Positions 24,074 to 34,800 of a DNA stretch of 64,000 bases are shown in pieces. Made by a program: the position numbers and the translations under genes. The notes under the pieces are model-generated. The model searched no databases. It was not told the origin of the DNA and saw nothing but the letters and a program-made list of their open reading frames with translations. The stretch spans positions 744,001-808,000 of the forward strand of contig NEEC01000010.1 of the NCBI GenBank assembly GCA_002189035.1, read 5' to 3'. Each line of letters starts with the position of its first letter. The stretch's first letter is position 1. This DNA comes from Utricularia gibba. Its lineage: Eukaryota; Plantae; Magnoliophyta.

Positions 24074-26094
24074 CTCCGAGGGCGGCGGTGGCGAGGAGAT
24101 GAAGACCAAGATGTGAAGACGGGTTCGGCGTACCCGCTATTTGTAGACTTCCCAAAGACGAGACGGAAATCAAAAAAATTAATAAAAATAGGAATTGAAC
24201 ATGCATTAAACAAAAGATTGTAAAAAAGACATGAGATGTTGCTGCAAGGCCAGGCCACCCGGTTGCCTTGCCATTGGCTGAATCGCGATTTATTCACAAA
24301 GGCTGACGCGATTTTTGTTTTGTTTTTGTTATTAAAGAATAGGAGGAGGAGTGGCTCCGCTCCACATGACACGAAATGGGAGATTTGAGGTTGGAGCTGC
24401 CTTGACGTAATCGCCAATTCAATTGGGATAACTTTTCATTATTGCATTTGCCTCCCGGTGCGGTTTAGTAACTTTTCACTGCTTGGAATCATCAAAGTTA
24501 CTGTATTTTTATTTACGGGTTTTTCCTCCTTCACAAACACACACTCGCAACCTCAGTGGAAAAGGCTATGGATGTGGGCCGGGCCACTTTGTGGTCGCCC
24601 CAGGGCCCAGTTCCCGTTCAACGATTCAGGATACAATGAAAGTATTGAAAAATTTACTATTTTTTCTGGTCCCAATATTTCAGTCTGCATAGTGAATACA
24701 TCACGTGGAAAGTATGCGTCATTTCTTTTTCAATCATTCTATTTTGGCCAAATCTTTCACCCAGGCCATTAGTTAGTAGTTATGTATATGTTTTCATTTT
24801 GTTTGATAGTATAAGTAAGATTAATTTACATCTTGAAGAACAAGAATGTATTTTACAGATAACGTTATTTATGTAAATTACTATTTATTAATAATAAATA
24901 AATATTATTATTAAAATATCCATAATAGATAATTTGAGTAAACTTTTTGTGAAATAATAAAATAATATATTTTCCATCATACATGATTAATTAATCCACA
25001 TAATAAATGAATTTGTGTTTCATAATAAATATAAGTTTAACTAAAAAATATTTTTATCTAATTCATATTACTAAATATTATTGTTTATCAAACTGATTAT
25101 TAATAATTTTCATATTATTATCATATTATCAAATATTATTTTTCATATTTTACCACATGAAATTTTAAACGTTTGATTACTAAAATAGGATTCAACTAAA
25201 ATCTCAAACATTATTCTTAGTTTCTAAGATTTTCCTTTTATAAAATCTTATCAATTAATGAAAAGCTATTTTACCCTAAACATAAAATTATCTCATGTTA
25301 ATCTTTCCAGCATCACTGATCGTATTGATGATGTATGAAAGCCTAGGCGTGTTTGTTATGAAAAATATTTTAATAATTTATGAAGCATATGGACTATAAA
25401 TTTTTAACTTAGGTCATTTTTAAAAGTTTGAAACAATTAATTTAAGATATTATTATCTACAAACATAATATAACACGTCCTTAAAGTTACCTTTTAACTT
25501 ATACTATAAATAAATTTATAGACAATTAATTACCGAACATGATTTATCAAAATCAAAATTTTATTTACGTTACTTAAAATTGTCTACCAAAAATACGAAA
25601 ATCATTATATAGAGAAAGAAAATGAGACGTTTTTTTGAGTGGGCAGAGGACTTTGGGGGGCGTGCTGGTTGCTAGTCCAATTAAAAAGCACATTAAAATG
25701 GAGAAGACTTTCTCCAAAAGCAAAGGGGAAGAAGAGGAAGACTTACTTTCTTGTTTGAATGTCGCTCCCAAGAAAAGTCTTCCTTCCGTAGAGCATCAAT
25801 AATTCCTGCGTAAATCCTGCACGACTTTTTGGATCAGACTGAGAACACCCTCTTTAATCAGTTCCTGATTCACTGTCCTACGACCACAACACTACTACTA
25901 CTCCTACATATTTGTCATCTTCCGTGCCAAATTCAAACTTGGTATTTCTCTTGTTCGTTATGGTGAAATCCACCACCCCATCCCCGATGGGTCTAAGGCT
26001 GAGCATGATATGAATTATGAAGAAGAAGAAGAAGTTAGATGGGTAATAATGATCCTGAACCATGTGGCTACCTGTATGTTCTGGATCACTGGAA

Positions 26095-26169
26095 AGTCAA
26101 AAGGGAGGGGTGGCCTAGACATGCGTGATTTTGTAGAGCCCACGAAGTTTGACCTTTGGAGAGTTGACT
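26095..26169 (+). promoter_or_regulatory. Cluster of three W-boxes upstream of the PUB gene
   Basis: AGTCAA 26095-26100, TTGACC 26149-26154 and TTGACT 26164-26169, all within 185 bp of the ATG. TTGAC(C/T) is the established WRKY site, and PUB22/23/24 are PAMP-inducible. Confidence 0.5.
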
Positions 26170-26277
26170 TGTAAGGAAGAGCAGATTTATAACCCCCCTC
26201 CCCAGTTGTTTCGTGGGGTTTTCAAGAAGCCTTCTTCTGTGTCCGCTGTTGTTGAGCTTGTGTTCCAGTCGGCATTA

Positions 26278-27495
26278 ATGGCGGAACTTGAGGTTCCTCC
26301 CTATTTCCTCTGCCCCATCACATTAGAAATCATGAAGGACCCGGTGACCGTCTCCACGGGGATAACATACGACAGAGAGAGCATCGAGAGATGGATATTT
26401 TCCGGCAAGAACTCCATCTGTCCCGTGACTAAACTCCCACTCTCCGATGCGGCGGAGCTCACCCCGAATATCATCCTCCGCCGCATGATTAACTCATGGT
26501 CTGCCGCTGTCGGAGTGGATTGTCTGTCACCGCCTCATGCGCCAGTTACAAAATCACAGATTCTGAAGATTTTTGCCGAGGCAGAGGATCCTAACAAGCG
26601 ATTCGCTTGTTTGCAGCGGTTGCAATCAATTGCCTTCTCCGAGAATCCAAGTGATAAACAACTAATGGAGGCCGCCGGCATTTGTGATTTCTTGGAGACG
26701 TTGATTGTATCGGGAGTTTGCCAAGAAAACGAAACGAATATTTCAGGGGAAAGCAGTTTTGAGTTGAGTTTAGGGATTCTGAATAAACTCCAATTATCAG
26801 AATCAAGCTTGAAGTCCCTCGTCAATGGTGAATTTTTAGATTCCCTCACCCGAATCCTGCAATTCGGAAGCTACGAATCACGGATTCAGACTTTAATTCT
26901 ACTCAAATCGATCCTCCAAGTCAGCGATCCAGATCCCCTAATCTCCCTGAAACCTGAATTTTTCAAAGGATTAGCCCTACTTCTTAGCAATCGAATCTCG
27001 GAAAAGGTCTCCGGCGCAATACTCAGAGTACTAATGATCATTTCTCCCGTCGGAAGAAACAGGATAAAAGCCGTGGACGCCGGCGCCGTGAAGATCCTAA
27101 TTGATCTTCTGCGGGAAAATCCATCGGACCGCAGATTCACGGAGAAGACGTTGATTGTGCTGGATCTGCTTTGCCAATGCGCCGACGGCAGGGCGGCGCT
27201 ACTGGAACACGGTGGCGCCGCAGTCGTTTCTCGGAAGATCTTGAGAGTTTCTTGCACTGGGAATGAAAGGGCGGTGAGGATTCTGCATTCGGTTGCGAGG
27301 TTTTCGGCTTCGCCAACAGTGCTGGCGGAGATGCTGCAAAACGGCGTCGTCGCAAAGCTGTGCCTTGTTCTTCACGTCGACTGCGGATCCAAGACCCAAG
27401 AAAGAGCCAGAGAAATACTGGTGCTCCATGCCAGGGCCTGGAGGGATTCTCCATGCATACCCAAGAATTTGCTTTCCCTGTACCCAATTTCATGA
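26278..27495 (+). CDS. PUB22: U-box/ARM E3 ubiquitin ligase, PUB22/23/24 clade, intronless
   Basis: U-box VPPYFLCPITLEIMKDPVTVSTGITYDRESIERW, LTPNIILRR, GRNRIKAVDAGAV, LCQCADGRAALL, VSRKILRVS and C-terminal WRDSPCIP. PUB22 cannot be told from PUB23 without a phylogeny. Confidence 0.95.
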   Translation: MAELEVPPYFLCPITLEIMKDPVTVSTGITYDRESIERWIFSGKNSICPVTKLPLSDAAELTPNIILRRMINSWSAAVGVDCLSPPHAPVTKSQILKIFAEAEDPNKRFACLQRLQSIAFSENPSDKQLMEAAGICDFLETLIVSGVCQENETNISGESSFELSLGILNKLQLSESSLKSLVNGEFLDSLTRILQFGSYESRIQTLILLKSILQVSDPDPLISLKPEFFKGLALLLSNRISEKVSGAILRVLMIISPVGRNRIKAVDAGAVKILIDLLRENPSDRRFTEKTLIVLDLLCQCADGRAALLEHGGAAVVSRKILRVSCTGNERAVRILHSVARFSASPTVLAEMLQNGVVAKLCLVLHVDCGSKTQERAREILVLHARAWRDSPCIPKNLLSLYPIS

Positions 27496-27866
27496 TTAAA
27501 AAAACAATTAATTTCGAAATACGAGGAGGCGTTTCTGATATTCGAGCCAGCTGCACCAGCAGCTTCCGGCCTGTCGAGACTCGAGGCCCACGACCCACCC
27601 TATGCTTTGTGTAGGCTCGTCCCCAAGCGTCAAGAAAAAGGCCTGTAAACGGGCCCACAGGCTTGGGGCTATCCCACGAAAGGGGCAGCCCAGTGATGGG
27701 ACCGTAAGATTGGGCCTTTCCTTGATGTGGGCTTTATGGAAATGGACCGTAATTGGATAGAAATTACAGGAACCCGGCCCCCACCATGGTAACATATCAT
27801 ATTATTGAAAAATATTTTATATAGTTTTTAAATTAATTTTAACTAGTGTGGGGCCTATATTCTGAC

Positions 27867-28045
27867 GGGTGTTTTACTTTTCTACCTAATGTACTTTAGT
27901 CCAATTTTAAAGTATCCATCTTATATAAACATGTTAAAAAAGTACCCATCTTCTAAAAAATAATTTTTATTTTATTCTATTTTATTCCAAAAATACTATT
28001 AAATAAATTACATAATGTGTGTATAATATGATTTATAATGAAATC

Positions 28046-28093
<48 letters not shown>

Positions 28094-28587
28094 TTATATT
28101 TGCATTTATATTTTTATAAATATAATAGCTATTTTTATTATACAAAATATAATATGAATAAAAATATGAATACTTAAGAAATGAATAAATAAAAAAGAGC
28201 TAATTTGATCACAATTCAAAAAACAGATTATTTGACTAATAGATTTCTTTAAAAATAATTATTTTACTAAAAAGTTTTGGTAATGAATAATGATATATTC
28301 TTTTCAATTTTTTTAAAATATTCTTCTATTTAAAAAATTTAGTATAAATTACTATTTTTCACACCACTTATCAAATTTACATAAATAAATAAATAGAAAA
28401 CAAAATTAAAATACATATCAACATTCATGTAAATAAAATGAATACATGTGATATTTATTTAAAACAAATTGAATAAAATAGAATAAAAAAATAATTTTCG
28501 AGGGATAGGTACTTTTTCAAATAGTAAGAAGGAATGGGTAGTTTTCAAATAAGATTGAAACACAATAAGTATAAAAGTAAAAAAATC
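27867..28587. mobile_element. Non-autonomous Mutator-like foldback element
   Basis: About 145-bp degenerate TIRs (27867-28013 vs 28446-28587), both starting with G. The 10-bp flanks atattctgac (27857-27866) and atattctaat (28588-28597) match at 8/10, with both differences being transitions; MULE TSDs are 9-11 bp. (TA)19 at 28051-28088 lies inside. Confidence 0.7.
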
Positions 28588-28967
28588 ATATTCTAATTCG
28601 TGTATTTATGCCGGTAAATGGTCTGGCCCATGTGCTTTAAAAGCCTGTAGGTCTGGATTTGACTCATGACCCTAGAAGCCTAGCATACCAACTTTACATA
28701 AGGTCTTAGTATGTACGTATGCTTTGAGTATTAAATAACCAAAATATCGTAGAAACATGACACTTGTCAACATGTGAATGTCTTAAAATTTCATTTCAGA
28801 GTAATTGATTGCATATTTTGAATATAAAATAATCAAAATAGAGTAAAATGATGCATTATAAATTGAAATTATTGGATTGCATAGTACTCCAAATGTGATT
28901 AATCCAGTCACTTGTAGGTGATCATGGCATTTACGCCAAGAAGGGAACTCGCAAGTGGCTTGGGCCA

Positions 28968-31690
28968 TGTATTTCGTGAGTCATAATTTGAATGGCGGTT
29001 TGACATTGTACCGTTTCTCATGAAAATACTAAGAAATGATTGGATTGCAATTTAAATCATAAATTGAAGTACAAGGTGAACTTGTGAAAACTTCATAATT
29101 AAATACATAGAGGAGATTTGAGAATAAGGGAAGTTTCAACAACAGAGGAATGTGCGAAGCTTCCAGAGAGATGAGATTAGACATAATGGCTTTGAGATGA
29201 TGATAATCTAATGGTAAGTTTTGATGATCTTATGGTTAGACAATGAAATGATTTATTTACCTTATATTGGTTGTTATCTTTAAAACTATTAGTGTATTAT
29301 TGAATGTTCATCTTGGTTATGAACATTGTGTTGATATGTATTGATCGAGATTCTCTAGTGTATTGAGAATTGATAGTAGATTTCCTTTGAGCCAGAGAAG
29401 TATAGCCTCTCGATTTTACCTGATCTAAGTGTGTTCGGGTGAACACATTGTGCATTTCTTGTTTTTAAGTTTATTAGCCTTACAGATAGATAAATAAACA
29501 ATGAAATCTTACATATAAATCTCTACATTTGATATCAAAGTTTGGTTGTTGGTTTTTCAAAATGTTGTTTCCTTTGTGTTTTCCACAAGGAATCTAGCTA
29601 TGGAAGAGTAGTTTGGTGTGGCTACTTTGAGTTCTTTTAAGGGCAATCACATCGGCGTTCCAAACATATAGAGCAATAGATGAAAAATTTCACATCATTT
29701 CCAGCATGACATTTTCACCTTTATCGATGGAGACTGTGCGGCGAAAATGACATGAACTTCTGTGATGAAATTTTCTCTAGGTGAAATATCAAGCTGATTA
29801 TTGGTGAAAACTGGTGATTATTGGAGATAAAGTAGTGAAATATTTAATATATAAAAACATAATAGAAACATATGATATATAAAAAAAATATGATGTGGAA
29901 GTAAGAGAAATGGTGAAATAATAGAGATGGATGTAGTTGGTCTAATTACTCCATATGGAGAACTAAGATATAAACATTGCTAGTTTGTAAAGATTTCTAA
30001 AATTATGTGATTGAAGAAGTGAATGAGAATGTTAAAGACTCAACTTAGAGAAAACTTCATTTGAAAGCTTGCTTAGTGCTTTTGATATGCATTGAAAATA
30101 ACTATTATAATAAAATTATTAAGCATAGTGATGTATAAAAATTGTAAAAAGAACTAGAAGCAATGTTTCAATCTAAAACAGTTTTGAATAATATCACTTT
30201 GTTGAAGAGTTTCTTAAGGTTAAAATTCAAAGAAGGTGATAATTTGACTGATCATTTGCATAAGTTTAAAAATACAATTGACTTATTATTGGCTATGAAA
30301 ATGAAGTTAAATGATGAGGTTCAAGCAATCTTGTTGCTAGAAACTTTTTTATGAGTTTCGAAAAATATTGGTGATTACATTAAGTAATGTTGTTATTGGC
30401 ACCTTAATACTTGAAAATGTTTTGAATCGTTTGTTGTAGGAGGATTTGAGAAGTAAAAATTCTGGAGATTCTAAAATGTTTACTTTCAGTGAAGTTAAAG
30501 ATATAAATAGAACATTAAATAAAGAATATGAAAAAGTTTCACAACGAGGGAAATCAAACTATAAAGATAAGTCATCAAATAAGCAAAGTCAGAATAATGG
30601 AAAGCAGATTTAAGAAGTTGTTATCATTGTGGTAAGAAAGGTATATCCAAAGTAAATGTACACCCTATCAAAAGATGAATACAAATGAAGAAAAAAATTG
30701 GAAACCAAAGAAATCTAATGATGATGGTAGTGTATCATATATTATAAGTGTTGATGAATTATTGGTCTTGCTTGCTGATGAGTTTGGTGATAATCTAAAT
30801 ATTGAATGGTTTGCAGATTTTACATTACCTTTGAAAGATAGACTAACTGATTATAGACTTGTTGACACTGGATCAATGAAAATGAGAAATTGGGCTAAAA
30901 AAAAGAATTTCAAGGATATAAAATTTGGAGGTAACCACTAGATCAAAATACAAGATCACCTTAACAGTTATGAGACATGTACCCAATTTGTGAATAAATT
31001 TACTTTCATTAGATATCATTGGATAAGGGATGAAGTTAATTAAGGTAATATCATTAAAACAGATGAAAATATTGTAGACATGTTAACAAAAGTTGTCAAA
31101 TTCAAAGCATGAGTCTTATTATTAGATGGTAAGACTAATTTATTGCACATATTTTTTTGACAAGTCTTACAAGTTTAGTTTGAGGAGAGGTATGCCGAGT
31201 TACATATGGTTGTATTGATATTGAGTTGCAATTTAAATCATAAGCTCAAGTACTAACTAAATTTGTAAAATCCATGATTAAATATATGGAGGAGATTTGA
31301 AGATAAGAAAAATTTTAACTATAAAACAACATATGAAACTTCAAGTGAGATAAAGTTGAACATAATGGCTTTAAAGAGATAATAATTTAATGGTGAATTT
31401 TGCTAATATTATGATTAGACAATAAAGTGATTTATTTATCTTTGATTGGTTATTATTTTTAAAACTGTTAATATATTATTAAATGTTCATTTTGCTTATG
31501 AACATTGTATTGATCAAGATACTTTAATATATTGAAAATTGCTAGTAGATTGAACCGAAGAAATATAAGCCCTTGGTTTGACCCAATCTGAGTGTGTCCG
31601 GATGAACACATCATACATTCGTTGTTTTAAATTTCATTAAACTTACACATAGACAAACAAATACTTTAATTCAACATATAAATTTCTACA
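28968..31690 (+). mobile_element. Internally deleted, degenerate Ty1/copia LTR retrotransposon
   Basis: 5' LTR about 28968-29527 and 3' LTR about 31191-31690 both end catataaat(c/t)tctaca. Degenerate Met-tRNA PBS tgatatcaaagt at 29530-29541. gag remnant at 30163-30354 (LKFKEGDNLTDHLHKF...DEVQAILLL), zinc knuckle CYHCGKKG at 30619-30642, RNase H tail IRYHWIRDEV...DENIVDMLTK at 31008-31092 and PPT gaggagagg at 31182-31190. No TSD was resolved and the left boundary is approximate. Confidence 0.8.
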
Positions 31691-31895
31691 ACTGAGGGTG
31701 CATAACGTTTAATGTACATAAAAATTTGGAATGATACAGAGACAAGTGAACCTTTGTTTTTAGCTGCTGAACCTCCATGCATAACGCTGAAAAGATGCAT
31801 AAAAAACTTTTCTTCAGAACTGCTTCAATCACAGCAGTTTCGGTGTGCGTTCTTTGGCTTACTCGAGCAACCTGGCAAGTGCACAGATGAAAATC

Positions 31896-34800
31896 CTACT
31901 GCTGGGCAAGCCGATCCTGGCAAGACAAAGCAATCAAGAATTGTGAATTGTGGTCACTTACAACGTAGGATGAGATCTAGACTGTGGCCATCGTACACAA
32001 ATAAACATGAATGCCTACAAATACTAGGTGAGGATTTGATAAAAAAGAAAAAAGAAAAAAGAAAAAAAATAGAGGGGTGGGCACGGTAACCGGTATTCTA
32101 AAGAGAGGAGTGTCAAAACCTGTAGCATCTCCAATAGTTTTGGGTGTTGCTCTAGAAGCTGACAAAGTTTGTCACGGTCGCTCAAGAGATGCTTCATTTC
32201 AAAATTGAGAAATGAGAGAGTGAAGTTGAAACCAATTGAATTAAGTTGCAATGAGAAACTGCACGATCCAGGTACCTGGATGGCTTCAGGTGATCTAAAG
32301 TACTCCTGCAATGACATTCCAGGATCTTGCTGGTGGGATGTTCCCTCCCCAGGTAGTCGTGGGGTCTGGGAAAACGCAGGTGACGGTTGAACGTGCAGCA
32401 TCTGAGTTGACTGATTCGGAATCTGTAAAGAGCCTTGTAAAAGTGACGTGCGCTGCTGCTCTGATTGTTGGGGCGCTGGAATAGATGGCCTGAGAAGTTG
32501 AACTTGAGGCTGATGAACCATTGGTGGCTGTAATGGTTGTAACTGAGTAAGAGACTGTAATGGCTGTACTAGTGACATAGTGGGGGGTTCTGCCCAATGT
32601 CGGGCGGATCTCCGTGAAAACCACTTCCATGATGGCTTGTTGGCATCGAACCTGGTCTGAAAATTGACTGTTGCACCAGAGGAGGATAGGAATTCAGCAC
32701 TGACCGTGATGTTGGAAGGTTCGCAGCACCATCTGCTGTTAGTGCAATTACGGATTGCTGAATCTCTGAGTTACCAGTAGTTTGAATGTATGACCCGGTT
32801 TGAGAAGCGGAGCCTCTAACCAAAGAGTTGGGTGAATATGGTGGAATTGGAGCGAGTGGTGGCCTACCAGATACAAAACCAGAGGACATTCGTCCGTACA
32901 CATCAGGAAACGAACCAGACGCAGCAAAAGTAGCACTGGTTGCTGTAGCTGACATATAATCGGATAACTGTGTAAAAGCCCAAAAAAAAAAGGTGAGCAA
33001 TCATTCTTTATAAAATACAAGCTCAAACAAACGACTACTGAACAAAAATCATACCTTTCCTGCAAGGAAACTAGGTGGTACATGGGACTCTGCATCTGAA
33101 ACAGGTTTGACAAATGTAGACTGACTTCCCACAGACTCCCTATTTTGAGATATCACTGAGGCACCAGCGGCATGAAGATGTGGAATTGGAAGCATAGGTG
33201 GCGGACCTGATGGAATTTTCTGGTCATAGTAACTTTGCACCCCAGCAGCTAGTGGGACAGTTCCACTTTGCTTCAAAGGTGTTTCAGGATACAATGTAGC
33301 AGGTAGCCTGGGATCAGTATGATACTGTTGAGACATGGACGATGACCCGGAGCGGGAACCACCTGCACCTGAAGAGGTATCGATAGCATCAGATGTTCGT
33401 GATGAAAATCTCCTTGCATCCATTGGCTTCTCCAGAAATTTTTTATGTGAAGAAACACTAGGCTGCCGACTCAATGGCATCTCAATTTGAGATGTCGGCA
33501 TTCTAGAAGAATAATCACTCAGTACATTTTCATCCATATTGGATGCAACAGGAGTACCCATTTGGGAAGACTGGCTAGTTTCATGTGCATCACCATCGGT
33601 CTCTTCAACCATGGAATGAGGTGACTGCAGGTCAATTGCAACAGACGCAGGTTGCTGCAGGTTATCATCTGGCTGTATGAAGTGTAGCCTTTCATCAGGT
33701 TCATCAGACTCGGCATCAAAAACTATATCAATTCCCTGAAGATCATCATCGAGATCTGATCCCAACTGCTTGTGTTGACTTGACTTCTCAGCACCTAAAT
33801 TGCCATCTCGAGCTACATGCTTCGCCATTCCAGCATCACCAGCTGCCAAACCTTGAGCACCCTGGCGCTCTGTCTGTCTTGCCATGAACACATCAACATG
33901 AATGGAGGGCGGCCGTCCACTAGAAGTTCCTAACCGAGTGACTGCAGTTGCATTAGAAATACTAGTACCCTCCGCATTTCTTTCTCTGGCAACATAGTCG
34001 TCCACATGCATGGATGGAGGCCGGCTTGTGTTTGGTTTCCGCTGCCTGAATGCATCACGACGTGTCAAACCTGCTGGAACTGACATGGGTGGTGGCCCCC
34101 TGGAGAATGAACCATGTGAAGGAACTTCTGCCGCTGTGCTCTCCCCTCTAGGATGCCTATTTGACCCCTCAAGGGAGGTTTTTTTCTTCATAGAAATACT
34201 TGTCTGAGTAAGTCGATTGCGTAGATTCTCAGGGCACTCCCAAGAAAATGCATCCCCGAAAACCTCCAAGCTTGAATTCTCAATGCGCTCCATACTTTTG
34301 TCCGCGAGCCTACAAATCTTTGAACAGAATGGAGGTGCCAGTAACATGACGCATTTACCAGCAACAGTTGCATCCACCTCATCGTCTGAGGACTTTTGCA
34401 ACAATTCCAGAAAAATGTTTGCAGCTTCCATGATCTACACGTATTTGATAAAATGTATCAGGAAAAAAATCCAGCATATAATTGATGCAAGAAACTAAAA
34501 CAATATACATTATGAGGCCTGGAGCTTGTGTGGGTAGAAATTTCATTTCCCATCAAGTTAGTGAGCTTCTCAACATTCTTGAAGCCCTCTGTGACAAAAT
34601 CTTCTAAGGCGGGGCTTTGCTTGATTCTTAATAGGAACTTGATTGCAGAAACTCTTGTTGCGCTGACACTGATGAAAAAAAGAATTTTTAATTTTCATGC
34701 ACAACATTAACCAAATTTAACTGAAACAAAAATGCCATAGATGAATTCTTGAAGAGTCAAGTCCATGAGTTTCTGTGAGCGTATCACACAGAAAAAGAAC

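Noticed and set aside
25620-26175. Coding-looking patches and a 54-codon ORF upstream of PUB22 (possible decayed PUB paralog or uORF)
   Set aside because: Frames are interrupted by stops and I recognise no U-box or ARM motif. A TBLASTX search would be needed.
26149-26277. 43-aa N-terminal extension of the PUB ORF in the ORF track
   Set aside because: It starts at TTG, overlaps W-boxes and the 5' UTR, and homology begins at the ATG at 26278.
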